The notes beneath the pieces were generated by a model. It ran no database searches, was not told the DNA's origin, and was given only the letters and a program-made list of their open reading frames with translations. This document shows, one piece after another, positions 47,481 to 58,649 of a DNA stretch of 64,000 nt; within the stretch, counting starts at the first letter, position 1; each line of letters opens with the position of its first letter. The DNA is from Candidatus Sericytochromatia bacterium. Its GTDB lineage: Bacteria; Cyanobacteriota; Sericytochromatia; S15B-MN24; UBA4093. The position numbers and the translations under genes were made by a program. The stretch spans positions 128,001 to 192,000 of the forward strand of contig JAKFBU010000023.1 in the NCBI GenBank assembly GCA_036676985.1, in the 5' to 3' direction.

Positions 47481-49262
47481 TTAGGCAGGCGTCCCCTGCG
47501 TCTGATCCCGCGGATCGTCCTGGCCGGCCGCGATCGCCCGCGCCCGCTCGATCTCTTGCTGGTACTGCCGCACCTGCCGGTCGACCCACTGCATGCGCTC
47601 CTCCTCGGTCCAGCCCTCGTGGGCCTGCAGGGAGCCGCTCATGACCGCCGCGATCTCGTCCACCGCCTCGAGGCCCTGGCGGGCGTCGAGCAGGTTGAGC
47701 CGCGTCCGCCGCATCATGACGTCGCACAGCGTCACGGCCATCTCGTAGCACACGAAGTAGGCGACCTCCGCCCGCAACAGGGGAGACTCCGGGCTCAGTC
47801 CCACGATCGGGCGATCCAGGCCGCGATCCGCCTCCATCAGCGATAGCACGACCAGGTAGTTCGTGCCGTAGCGGGACACGAGCATCCGCACGAGCCCCGG
47901 CTCCAGGTCGGGATGCGTCTCGATCGCATAGGACAGGTACTTGTCGAAGTCCCCGCCCGGCAGATCGCCGCCGCTGAGCGGTACCTCGTCGGCATGGCGA
48001 TTCGCGAGCTCCGGCAGCCAGGCCTCGTCGCGCAGGCTCTTCACGGCCACGTCCACCACCTGCCGCGCCATGGAGCGGAAGGTCGTGTACTTGCCGCCCG
48101 CGATGCCGATCACACCAGCGGGGGAGACGAAGATCTCGTGCTCGCGCGAGATCTCGGACTCCGAGACGCCCTCGCCCGGCGGGGCGATGAGCGGACGCCA
48201 GCCCGCGAAGGAGGCAATCACGTCCTCCGGCTTCAGGTCCGCGCCCGGGCACACCTCGTTCGCCGACTCGAGGATGTAGGCGATCTCCTGCGGGCTCGCG
48301 TAGATGTCGTCGTCCAGGTAGCGGTCCGTGCCGTCCTCGGCATGCGCCGTGTCCGTCGTCCCGATGAGGGTCCGCTCACCGTACGGGATGATGAACATCC
48401 AGCGCTTCTTCTTGGGATCCTTGGGCTCGTGGCTCTTGAGCACGATGGCCTTCTCGGTGATCTTGCGGACCACCAGGTGTACACCCTTGGTCGGCTTGAG
48501 GCGCGGCTTGGCCTCGGGGTCCTCCAGGCGCGCGAGCCGATCCGACCAGGGCCCCGTCGCGTTGATGACCCGCCGCGCGAAGACCGAATGAGACTCGCCC
48601 GACAGCCGATCGCGCACCGTCACGCCCGTCACCTTGCCGTCCGGGCCCTTGTTGAAGCCCGTCACCTCCACGTGGTTGGCGATCGCCGCCCCCCAGGTGG
48701 CCGCCGTCTTGAGGGTCTCGACGGTCATGCGCGCGTCCTCGGTGAGCCCGTCGATGTAGGCCAAGGAACCCTTCATGTGCTCCAGGCGCAGGTTGGGCTC
48801 CTGCTCGACGGTCTCCTGCGGCTTCAGCTTGCGGTGCAGCCGGGCCATCCGGAACTCCGAGGTGCTCGACAGGCCGTCGTAGAGCCAGAGGCCGGCGTTC
48901 ATGACCGTGAGGTTGTCGCCATACGCGTCGTAGATGGGGAAGAGGAACGGCAGCTCCTTGGCGAGGTGCGACGCGTGATGGAACAGCTTGTTGCGCTGGG
49001 TGAGGGCCTCGTGCACCAGGCGAAGCTCACCGTGCTCGAGGTAGCGCAGGCCGCCGTGCAGGAGCTTGGAGCTCTTGCTGCTGGTGCCGCTCGCGAAGTC
49101 GTCACGCTCGACGAGCGCCACCTTGAGGCCCCTGAGGGCCCCCTCCAGGGCGATGCCCGCTCCCGTGATGCCTCCTCCGACGATGAGCAGGTCCCAGCTC
49201 TCCCGGGACAGACGCTCCAGCGTCACCCGGCGGGACGTGGCGGACAGTTCGCGCGACAGCAT
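47481..49262 (-). CDS. glpD: FAD-dependent glycerol-3-phosphate dehydrogenase
   Basis: GGGITGAG, GTSSKSSKLLHGGLRYL, GGKYTT. Confidence 0.92.
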   Translation of the reverse strand: MLSRELSATSRRVTLERLSRESWDLLIVGGGITGAGIALEGALRGLKVALVERDDFASGTSSKSSKLLHGGLRYLEHGELRLVHEALTQRNKLFHHASHLAKELPFLFPIYDAYGDNLTVMNAGLWLYDGLSSTSEFRMARLHRKLKPQETVEQEPNLRLEHMKGSLAYIDGLTEDARMTVETLKTAATWGAAIANHVEVTGFNKGPDGKVTGVTVRDRLSGESHSVFARRVINATGPWSDRLARLEDPEAKPRLKPTKGVHLVVRKITEKAIVLKSHEPKDPKKKRWMFIIPYGERTLIGTTDTAHAEDGTDRYLDDDIYASPQEIAYILESANEVCPGADLKPEDVIASFAGWRPLIAPPGEGVSESEISREHEIFVSPAGVIGIAGGKYTTFRSMARQVVDVAVKSLRDEAWLPELANRHADEVPLSGGDLPGGDFDKYLSYAIETHPDLEPGLVRMLVSRYGTNYLVVLSLMEADRGLDRPIVGLSPESPLLRAEVAYFVCYEMAVTLCDVMMRRTRLNLLDARQGLEAVDEIAAVMSGSLQAHEGWTEEERMQWVDRQVRQYQQEIERARAIAAGQDDPRDQTQGTPA

Positions 49263-49265
49263 GGT

Positions 49266-50954
49266 CTAGACTCCCTTTGGCGTGGACGCCTGAGCGGACG
49301 GACCCAACAACTTGCCAGGATTCATATACCCCGTGGGATCGAAGGCCTCCTTCAAGGCAGCGAGCGCTTCGATCCCGATCGACCCGACGTACTCCCGCAT
49401 CCAGGGCGCATGATCGAGGCCGATGGCGTGGTGATGGCTGAGCGCGCCGCCGTTGCGCACGAGGCAATCGGTCGCAGCCCGCTTGGCCTCGGCCCACTGC
49501 TCGAGCTCGCGGCCCGGCGTCTGGCGGCCCGCGAAGGTGAAGTAGAGGGACGCCCCGTCGTGGTAGACGTGCGAGACGTGGCACATGACGAAGGGCGCGA
49601 CGCCGTTTTTGGCGATCGCTTCTTTCAGGGCCCCGTCCACGGCCTGGTAGAGGTCGTGCAGGTTCGCCCACTCCGTCGCGGTCTCGAGCGTATCGACCAT
49701 CACCCCCCGGTCGAGCAGCGTGTCGCGCAGGTAGGGCAGGTCGAAGCGCGAGCGGAACCAGGAGCGTCCGATGCTCGCGCCCAAGGAGAGCCCGTCGTGA
49801 CGCTTGAGGATGGGGCGGGCGACCTCCCACTGGCTCACCACGGCCGAGGCCTCGCCCTCGAAGCCCACAAGCAGCAGGCAACGGCCCTCGAAGTCGATGC
49901 TGCCGCCCCTGGTCAGGACCCACTTGCCCGCCTGCTGGACGAACGCCTCGACGGGCGAGCCCGGCTCCTCGCGCATCTTGAAGAAGAGCTCGGTCTCCTG
50001 CCGGTCCGAGAGGCGCACGGTCGCGGGCCTGAGCTCCTGGCGCAGAAGGTCCCGCATGGCGCGGATGCCGACCTCGAAGCTCGGCATCAGGTACCCCCGG
50101 TAGTCTCGGACCGCCGGCACGCGATGGACCTTGACCGTGGCCTCGGTGATGACGCCGAGGAGGCCCTCCGAGCCCACCACGAGCTCCTTGAGGCTCGGAC
50201 CGGTCGCCTGGGCGGGGATGGGGCGCACGTCGAAGGTGCCCTTGGGCGTTGCGAGGCGCAGGCCCACCACCATCTCCTCGATCTTGCCGTACTTGGAGGA
50301 CTGCTGACCGGCCGAGCGGGTCGCGATCCAGCCGCCCAGGGTCGAGAACTCGAAGGATTGCGGGAAGTGGCCGAGCGTGTAGCCCTCGCGTCCCAATTGC
50401 TCCTCGAGGGCGGGGCCGAAGACGCCCGCCTGGATCGTGGCCGTGCCCGACTCGCGGTCGATGGCCACCACCCGGTCCATGCGCGCCATGTCGAGCGTCA
50501 CGAAGACGCCCACCTGTCCGGGAGGCACCTCGACGCCCCCCACGACGCTGGTGCCGCCCCCGAAGGGGATCACCCGCCAGCCGGCCTCGCGGGCGCAGTC
50601 CAGGACGGCCTGGACCTCGTCGTGGCTGCGGGGGTAGACGACGGCATCCGGGGCATGGGGCACATGGCCCCGGCGGATCCGCACCAGGTCCCGGTAGCTC
50701 TTGCCGTAGCTGTGGTGGACCCGCTCGGCATGGTCGGTCGTCACTCCGTCCGCGCCCACGATGGCCGACAGGGCCTTGTGGTGCTCGGCGGAGAGGCGGC
50801 TGGGCGGGAGGGCGATCGCCGCGAGCTCCATCACCGGCGCCGCCTCACCGAGGGCGGGCCCGAGGCGGCGCTCGAGGAACGGCCAGAATAGGGGCTTGCG
50901 GTCGAGGGCATAGCCCTTGTCAGGCTGCCCCCACCCCCACCACTTCATGGCCAT
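49266..50954 (-). CDS. alkyl-dihydroxyacetonephosphate synthase-like FAD oxidoreductase
   Basis: KWWGWG, PFGGGTSVVGG, GHFPQSFEFSTLGGW, DTLETA, HVSHVY, SHHH. Confidence 0.85.
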   Translation of the reverse strand: MAMKWWGWGQPDKGYALDRKPLFWPFLERRLGPALGEAAPVMELAAIALPPSRLSAEHHKALSAIVGADGVTTDHAERVHHSYGKSYRDLVRIRRGHVPHAPDAVVYPRSHDEVQAVLDCAREAGWRVIPFGGGTSVVGGVEVPPGQVGVFVTLDMARMDRVVAIDRESGTATIQAGVFGPALEEQLGREGYTLGHFPQSFEFSTLGGWIATRSAGQQSSKYGKIEEMVVGLRLATPKGTFDVRPIPAQATGPSLKELVVGSEGLLGVITEATVKVHRVPAVRDYRGYLMPSFEVGIRAMRDLLRQELRPATVRLSDRQETELFFKMREEPGSPVEAFVQQAGKWVLTRGGSIDFEGRCLLLVGFEGEASAVVSQWEVARPILKRHDGLSLGASIGRSWFRSRFDLPYLRDTLLDRGVMVDTLETATEWANLHDLYQAVDGALKEAIAKNGVAPFVMCHVSHVYHDGASLYFTFAGRQTPGRELEQWAEAKRAATDCLVRNGGALSHHHAIGLDHAPWMREYVGSIGIEALAALKEAFDPTGYMNPGKLLGPSAQASTPKGV

Positions 50955-52478
<1,524 letters not shown>

Positions 52479-52648
52479 GAGGGCCTCCTCTCTGAGGGAC
52501 GTTGTCTTCCCCATTTTACCGCGCCGGAGGCCCGTCCGCATCGGTACCGGACGCGAGTCCGCCGCCCCTTCCGCCCATTGACCGATAGCGGTCGCCAAAG
52601 CCCGCATCCCTGCTATAATCAAGGCGTCTCGAGCCCCAGGGAGGCGCC

Positions 52649-54046
52649 GTGCCGGACGATCTTGCCCAAAACCGCCCCTTCAACCCGTGGGTCGCTCTCG
52701 CGGCGGTCTCCATCGGCACGCTCATGGCCACCATCGACGCAAGCAGCGTCAACGTGGCCCTGCCGACGATCGCCTCGGAGTTCGGCATCTCCATCGCCCA
52801 GGTCAGCTGGATCTCCATCAGCTACTTCCTGGTCATCACCGCCCTCCTGCTCGCCGTGGGCCGCCTCTCGGACCTGACGAGCCGGCATGTGGTCTTCTCG
52901 GCGGGCATGGGCCTCTTCGGCATTGCCTCGGGCCTCTGCGCCCTTGCACCCAACCTCGGGACCCTGGTCGCCTTCCGATGCCTCGAGGCCGTCGGCGGCG
53001 CGATGATCATGGCGAACTCCCCGGCGCTCGTCGCGAGCGCCTTTCCGGGCGAGCGGCGCGGCCGGGCGCTCGGCACCGTCACCCTGGTCGCGACCGTCGG
53101 CTCGAGCCTCGGCCCCACCGTGGGCGGCATCCTCACGGCCACCGTGGGCTGGCACGGCCTCTTCCTCATCAACCTGCCCATCGGCCTCCTGGGCGTCATC
53201 ATGGGCCTGAAGGTGCTCGGCGGCGTCCCGCACGTGCGAACGCACGACAAGACCTTCGACCTGCTCGGGGCGCTCATGAGCGCGCTCGGCCTCGGCACGC
53301 TCGTCTTCGTGTTGCGCGAGGGGCTGCACCTGCCGTCGGCCCTGGCCTGGGGGCTCGGGCTCGGCGGCCTCGCGACCCTGGTCGCCTTCTTCTGGCACGA
53401 GGCGCGCATCCGGGCGCCGTTGCTGCAGCCACGCCTCTTCAGGCGACGGGCGTTCAGCTCGGCGACGGGCAGCTCCTTGCTTTCGTTCTGCTCGCGGGCG
53501 GGAAGCTTTTTCCTGATGCCCTTCTTCCTGCAGCACGAGCAAGGTTACAGTCCGGCCGCCGTGGGGTTCATGATGACCAGCTTCCCGATCGCAGTGGCGC
53601 TGGTGGCTCCCATCAGCGGCGCGCTCTCGGACAAGCTGGGGACCCGGGGGCTGACGGTGGCAGGGCAGCTCCTCAACGCGTCGGCCCTGGCCATGATGGC
53701 CTTCCTCCAGGTGGACAGCCCCCTGGTGCTGGTGCTCTTGCCTCAGGTGATGCTCGGAATGGGAACGGCCTTGTTCACTCCGCCGAACAACAACGCGATG
53801 CTCAGTGCGGTCGACCCCCAGGACCTGGGGATGGCAGCAGGCATGCTCGCGGTCATGCGCAACTTGGGCCTGATGCTCGGCACGGGGTTCGTGAGCGTGG
53901 TCCTTGCTTTACGAGCGACCGATTTTATGGGAGGATTCCGGCTGGCGCTTGCCCTTTGCTGCCTGATCGCCCTGGCTTCGGCCCTGGTGGCGAGCGTTCG
54001 AGCCAAGGGCACCACCGTGGCCGTCCCCTCGGCTTCCCGCGGATGA
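52649..54046 (+). CDS. MFS transporter, DHA2 (14 TM)
   Basis: DASSVNVALP, GRLSD, FLINLPIG. Confidence 0.9.
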   Translation: MPDDLAQNRPFNPWVALAAVSIGTLMATIDASSVNVALPTIASEFGISIAQVSWISISYFLVITALLLAVGRLSDLTSRHVVFSAGMGLFGIASGLCALAPNLGTLVAFRCLEAVGGAMIMANSPALVASAFPGERRGRALGTVTLVATVGSSLGPTVGGILTATVGWHGLFLINLPIGLLGVIMGLKVLGGVPHVRTHDKTFDLLGALMSALGLGTLVFVLREGLHLPSALAWGLGLGGLATLVAFFWHEARIRAPLLQPRLFRRRAFSSATGSSLLSFCSRAGSFFLMPFFLQHEQGYSPAAVGFMMTSFPIAVALVAPISGALSDKLGTRGLTVAGQLLNASALAMMAFLQVDSPLVLVLLPQVMLGMGTALFTPPNNNAMLSAVDPQDLGMAAGMLAVMRNLGLMLGTGFVSVVLALRATDFMGGFRLALALCCLIALASALVASVRAKGTTVAVPSASRG

Positions 54047-54057
54047 AGGAGGCGTCT

Positions 54058-55743
54058 GTGCCGCCCAAACGGAGATGGAACCGACCGCTGGCGATCGCCC
54101 TGGCCCTCCTGGCCGTGGCGGCACCCGGCGCGTGGGCCGACGGTCCCGGCGGAGCGTTCGTCGCGGTAGGCGGCGGCACCGAGCGCCCGGAGGTCATCCA
54201 GGCCATCCTGCGCCTCTTGGGCGGCAAGGACCGACGGATCGTCGTGCTGCCCACCGCCTCGGGCGACCCGAGCGCGAGCGGCCTCGCATACAAGGACTTC
54301 TTCCTCAAGGCGGGTCTCCTCGAGGTCGACAGCCTCCCCATCCCCGACCGCCAGACGGCCAACGAGCTCGAGCCCGTCAAGGACATCGGCCGGGCCGACC
54401 TGCTCTACTTCACGGGCGGCGACCAGAACCGGCTGGTGAGCATCCTCGGCAACACCGCGACCCACGGCTCCATCCAGACGGCCTGGCAGCGCTCGGCCAT
54501 CATCGCGGGCACGAGTGCGGGTGCCATGGTCTGGGGCCCCGAGTTCATCGCCAACGGCACGAGCCGCGGCGCCTTGCTCCTGGGCTTCAGCCGTGATGCG
54601 CAGGGCGTGCCGGGCCTGGAGCTCCGGCCCGGGCTGAACCTCTTCGACAACCTGATCGTCGACACGCACTTTACCGAGCAGCAGCGCCTCGGGCGCCTGT
54701 TGCTCGCGGCCGCGAGCAGCCCCGGCAGCACGGGGCTCGGCATCGACGAGGGCACGGCCGCCATCATCACCAACGACACCATCCAGCCGGTGGGCATCGG
54801 GGCGCTGACCCTGCTCGAAGCGGACCGTACGGCCATCAACAACGCGCAGGCCGTGGGCCCCGGCGCGCCCCTCGCGCTGGGCAAGGTCGCCTTCCACCGG
54901 CTCTTGCCGGGCAAGAGCTACGTCCGCAAGTGGAAGACCACCCAGGAGGACCGTCCGTTGCCTCCGGCCGAGACGCTGGCGCCGGTCTCGCCGTACATGG
55001 TGCTCGCGGGGACGGACATCCCCCGCAAGAACCTCGCTCCGATGGCGGACTTCGTGCGCGCGGCGGGCGGCAACCAGGCCCGAATCCTCATCCTGACGGG
55101 TGAGCGCGCGACCCAGGGTGCCGCCATGTGGAAGACCTTCCTGCTCAAGCAGGGGGCGAGCCAGGTGGTCAACTACAGCTCCCTGGAGCTATCGGACCAG
55201 GGGCTCGCCATCGCGTTGCAGCATGCCACGGGGATCTTCATGCTGGAGGACGGCCCGGCCAACCTCCTCAAGGCCCTGAACGCGAACCAGGGACGCCTCG
55301 CCCAGGTGATCGTTGACGCGAGCAAGCGCCTGCCCATCGCGGGAGCGGGTAATGCGGTGCGGCTCTTCGGCAACCGCGCCATCTTCGGCACGCCCGGCGC
55401 TCCGGACTACGTCTCGCTGCAGGGCCTCGGCCTTATGCCCTCGGCGGTGGTGGACAAGAACTTCTGGGTGCCCGATGCGGTCGAGCGGATGGTCCGCGCG
55501 CAGTTGCAGGGCAACCGGGCGCTCGGCATCGGCCTGTCGCCGGACAACGCCATCATCGTCTCGGGCGGCCAGGCGACCGTGTTCGGCGAGAGCCAGGTGA
55601 TGTTCCTCGACGCCAAGGACGTGACGGCCTTCAAGCTCGCACCGGAGGGGAGCGCGCAGCTTTCGAGCGCCACGAATTTGAGCCTGTCCGTGTTGCCGGC
55701 CAACGGCAGCTATGACCTGATCAAGCGGGAGCCGCGGTTTTAA
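54058..55743 (+). CDS. exported cyanophycinase-like (peptidase S51) protein, two domains
   Basis: AAGGAGG then GTG; signal peptide; PTAS, FTGGDQ, GTSAGA, DTHF, GIDE. Confidence 0.82.
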   Translation: MPPKRRWNRPLAIALALLAVAAPGAWADGPGGAFVAVGGGTERPEVIQAILRLLGGKDRRIVVLPTASGDPSASGLAYKDFFLKAGLLEVDSLPIPDRQTANELEPVKDIGRADLLYFTGGDQNRLVSILGNTATHGSIQTAWQRSAIIAGTSAGAMVWGPEFIANGTSRGALLLGFSRDAQGVPGLELRPGLNLFDNLIVDTHFTEQQRLGRLLLAAASSPGSTGLGIDEGTAAIITNDTIQPVGIGALTLLEADRTAINNAQAVGPGAPLALGKVAFHRLLPGKSYVRKWKTTQEDRPLPPAETLAPVSPYMVLAGTDIPRKNLAPMADFVRAAGGNQARILILTGERATQGAAMWKTFLLKQGASQVVNYSSLELSDQGLAIALQHATGIFMLEDGPANLLKALNANQGRLAQVIVDASKRLPIAGAGNAVRLFGNRAIFGTPGAPDYVSLQGLGLMPSAVVDKNFWVPDAVERMVRAQLQGNRALGIGLSPDNAIIVSGGQATVFGESQVMFLDAKDVTAFKLAPEGSAQLSSATNLSLSVLPANGSYDLIKREPRF

Positions 55744-55840
55744 GGAGCCGTTCGCCCGATACCAATCCAGGTGCCTATCCTTCGTCCGCCCGTAGGGTAA
55801 GATAGGGCGGTTGCCCTGTTCATCCGACCTCGGAGGCTCG

Positions 55841-57202
55841 ATGGAAACGCTGCTGCTCAAGAACCTGCTCGTGGCACCCATGACCGGTGCCCCGGACGCC
55901 TACTACGCGGGCGATCTGGCCATCCGGGGCGATCGCCTCGTCGATCCCGCCTCGCTCACGACCCCGCCCGACCGGGTGATCGACATGGCGGGTTGCATCG
56001 CCGTTCCGGGCCTCGTCAACACCCACCACCACCTCTACCAGACGCTCACGCGCGGCCTCAAGGCGGCCCAGAACGCCGAGCTCTTCGAGTGGCTCGTCAC
56101 CCAGTACCCGATCTGGGCAGGGCTCGATGCCGAGATGGTGTACTGGAGCGCGGTCTGCGGCCTCTCGGAGCTCGTGCTCTCGGGCTGCACCACCGTCAGC
56201 GACATGTTCTACGTCTTCCCCGATGGCTCGGACGTCACCCTGGACGCGGTGGTCCGGGCCGCCCGGGACGTGGGCGTACGCATGCACGCGGGCCGTGGAG
56301 CCATGTCGCTCGGCAAGTCCGCGGGCGGCCTGCCGCCCGACTCCGTGGTCCAGGACCCGGACGCCATCATGGCGGACGTGGAGCGCGTGGTCGCCCTGCA
56401 CCACGACCCGCGCGAGGGCGCCATGAGCCGCATCGACCTGATGCCCTGCTCTCCCTTCTCCGTCACCTCCGAGCTCATGAGCCAGATGCGTGACTTCGCG
56501 CGCCGCAACGGCCTGCGCCTGCACACCCACCTGGCCGAGACTCTCGACGAGGAGCGCTTCTGCCTCGAGACCTTCGGCGTGCGTCCCCTCAAGTTGCTCG
56601 AGGACCTGGACTGGCTGGGGCCGGACGTCTACCTCGCCCACGGCATCCACTTCAACGACGAGGAGGTCGCCCTCCTCGGCCGCACCCGCACCGGCATCGC
56701 CCACTGTCCGAGCTCCAACATGCGCCTGGGGTCCGGCATCGCGCGCGTGCTGGAGCTGGTCGAGGCCGGCGCCCCGGTGGGCCTGGCCGTTGACGGCAGC
56801 TCCAGCAACGACGGCGGCTCGCTCATCAACGAGGCGCGCCAGGCCCTCTTGCTCGGCCGCATGCGCTACGGCGTGCGCTACAGCGCCCACGAGGCCCTGC
56901 GCCTCGCGACCCAGGGCGGTGCCCAGGTCCTGGGGCGGCCTGAAATCGGGGCCCTTGTGCCCGGCATGATGGCCGACCTCGCCATCTTCGACCTCTCGGA
57001 CGTGGCCTACGCCGGCATGAGCGTGCACGACCCGGTGGCGTCCCTCACGCTGTGCCAGCCGAACCGGCCGCGTCACGTCTTCGTCAACGGCCGGCAACTG
57101 GTCGCGGACGGACAGCTCCTGACCGTCGACCTCCCGGAGGCCGTCCGGAAGCACAACCAGCTCGCCAAGAAGCTCGTGGAAAAGGCGCCCGTCCGGGCCT
57201 AG
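55841..57202 (+). CDS. 8-oxoguanine deaminase-like amidohydrolase
   Basis: PGLVNTHHHLYQTLTR, HTHLAET, HCPSSNMRLGSG, VDGSSSND. Confidence 0.88.
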   Translation: METLLLKNLLVAPMTGAPDAYYAGDLAIRGDRLVDPASLTTPPDRVIDMAGCIAVPGLVNTHHHLYQTLTRGLKAAQNAELFEWLVTQYPIWAGLDAEMVYWSAVCGLSELVLSGCTTVSDMFYVFPDGSDVTLDAVVRAARDVGVRMHAGRGAMSLGKSAGGLPPDSVVQDPDAIMADVERVVALHHDPREGAMSRIDLMPCSPFSVTSELMSQMRDFARRNGLRLHTHLAETLDEERFCLETFGVRPLKLLEDLDWLGPDVYLAHGIHFNDEEVALLGRTRTGIAHCPSSNMRLGSGIARVLELVEAGAPVGLAVDGSSSNDGGSLINEARQALLLGRMRYGVRYSAHEALRLATQGGAQVLGRPEIGALVPGMMADLAIFDLSDVAYAGMSVHDPVASLTLCQPNRPRHVFVNGRQLVADGQLLTVDLPEAVRKHNQLAKKLVEKAPVRA

Positions 57203-57212
57203 GAGGATCGAG

Positions 57213-57746
57213 ATGCATCGCACCATGGCAGCGGGCCTCGGGCTCGCGAGCATTGCCCTGGTCCAGGTCGCCCATGCGGCGCCCACGGCCAAGGATCTCA
57301 TCGGGCAGGCGGCCCCGGCGTTCACGCTGACGGCAGACGACGACACGCCCGTCACCCTCGCGGATCACCAGGGCAAGCCCGTGGTGCTCGCCTTCTTCCC
57401 GAAGGCCTTCACCCCCGGCTGAGAAGCCGAGATGAAGAGTCTCGGTCGAGATTTGCCCAAGTTCAAGGCCCTCGGCGCCGAGGTGTTCGGTATCAGCTAC
57501 GACGAGCCGGGCACCCAGCACAAGTTCGCACTCCATTGCGCGGCGAACTTTCCGTTTCTGAGCGACGCCGGCGGCAAGGTGGCCGAGCAGTACCGAACGG
57601 CAGGCGGATTCGGTCCGCTGCGGTTCGCCCAGCGGCGGACCTTCATCGTGGATGCCAAGGGTATCGTGCGCTTCGTGCACGACGGGATGCCGGACAACGC
57701 GAAGCTCCTGGCCGACGTGGAGGCGATCGCCGCCCCCAAACGCTAG
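57213..57746 (+). CDS. exported peroxiredoxin (BCP/PrxQ) with in-frame TGA at the peroxidatic Cys; probable selenoprotein
   Basis: two in-frame ORFs join as FFPKAFTPG*EAE...GIS.D...RRTFIVD..G; TGA at 57420-57422. Confidence 0.82.
57438..57453 (+). promoter_or_regulatory. candidate bacterial SECIS hairpin
   Basis: AGUCUC-GGUC-GAGAUU, 16-31 nt after the UGA. Confidence 0.6.
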
Positions 57747-58066
57747 GCCTGCAGCTCGTCCTTGAGCGCTTGGAGCCGCTCGGCGAATCGCCGGGCGGCT
57801 TCGGCGTCGACGTCGTCCCGAAAAGCCCGCTCGATCTCGCGCGCGAGGTCCGTGCCGTGCGGAAAGCCGAAGGTCCCGAGCGAGCCCGCGAGCTTGTGCG
57901 CCTCCTGGATGGCGCGCTCGCGCAGGTCGTTCGTCAGGGCGCCCGCCTGCACCGCCACGAGCGCCTCCTCGATGCCCGTGAACCGCGCGAGCACGGTCGG
58001 ACGCATGCGCTGCCAGACGGCCGCGACGGCCGCATCGAGGCTTTCGCGGCGGGCCTCGTCGCTCAT
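57743..58066 (-). CDS. Hpt (histidine phosphotransfer) domain protein
   Basis: EAHKLAGSLGTFG; ATG overlaps the stop of the upstream regulator. Confidence 0.85.
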   Translation of the reverse strand: MSDEARRESLDAAVAAVWQRMRPTVLARFTGIEEALVAVQAGALTNDLRERAIQEAHKLAGSLGTFGFPHGTDLAREIERAFRDDVDAEAARRFAERLQALKDELQA

Positions 58067-58443
58067 GCCCGCCACCCCAGGAGCGTGCACACCTGCTCGG
58101 CCAGGCGCATGGGATCGAAGGGCTTGGCGATGACGCCCAGCACGCCGAGGTCGGCGAACTGTCGGCGATCGCTCGTCTGCACCTTGGCCGTCAGGAGCAC
58201 CACGGGGATCTGGCGGGTGGCCTCGCTCTCCTGCAAGCGCTGGAAGGTCGCCGGGCCGTCCATGTCGGGCATCATGACGTCCAGCAGGATGGCATCCGGC
58301 CGCTCGGTGCGCGCCTTCTCCAGGGCCTCGAGGCCCGAGCTGGCGGGAATGGCCTCGATCTCGCCCATCAGCTCCAGGCTGAGCATGGCGACTTCCCGGA
58401 TGTCGTCCTCGTCGTCGACGATCAGAATGCGCTTGGTCGCCAC
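58063..58443 (-). CDS. single-domain response regulator (CheY-like)
   Basis: IVDDE, LLDVMMPDMDG, LLTAK, KPFDP. Confidence 0.93.
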   Translation of the reverse strand: MATKRILIVDDEDDIREVAMLSLELMGEIEAIPASSGLEALEKARTERPDAILLDVMMPDMDGPATFQRLQESEATRQIPVVLLTAKVQTSDRRQFADLGVLGVIAKPFDPMRLAEQVCTLLGWRA

Positions 58444-58649
58444 CTGGATCCTCCGTCGTCGGCGGGCCGACCGCCCAAAACCCAGCCGTCACCCGTGCAT
58501 CGGGCTCGCAGTCTGGCCTACCATCGCACGGCGCAAGCAACGGGTCAAGCCTCGATCGGACGACAAACGCCAAGACGTACGGAAGACACCGATCAGGACG
58601 GCTACGGTATGCTAGAATGGGCTCCCCAGTTAAGAGAGGTTGAAGGTTA

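Noticed and set aside
47913-50891. 992-aa plus-strand ORF and many similar long antisense ORFs (e.g. 9224-11077, 51030-52877)
   Set aside because: Shadow frames opposite clearly identifiable genes, expected at high GC; no motifs
52687-54057. N-terminal extension making the cyanophycinase 1018 aa
   Set aside because: Alternative frame of the MFS gene; RBS and signal peptide place the start at about 54058
57420-57422. Genome-wide UGA reassignment to Trp or Gly
   Set aside because: TGA ends many intact genes in this window, and this codon aligns to a catalytic Cys
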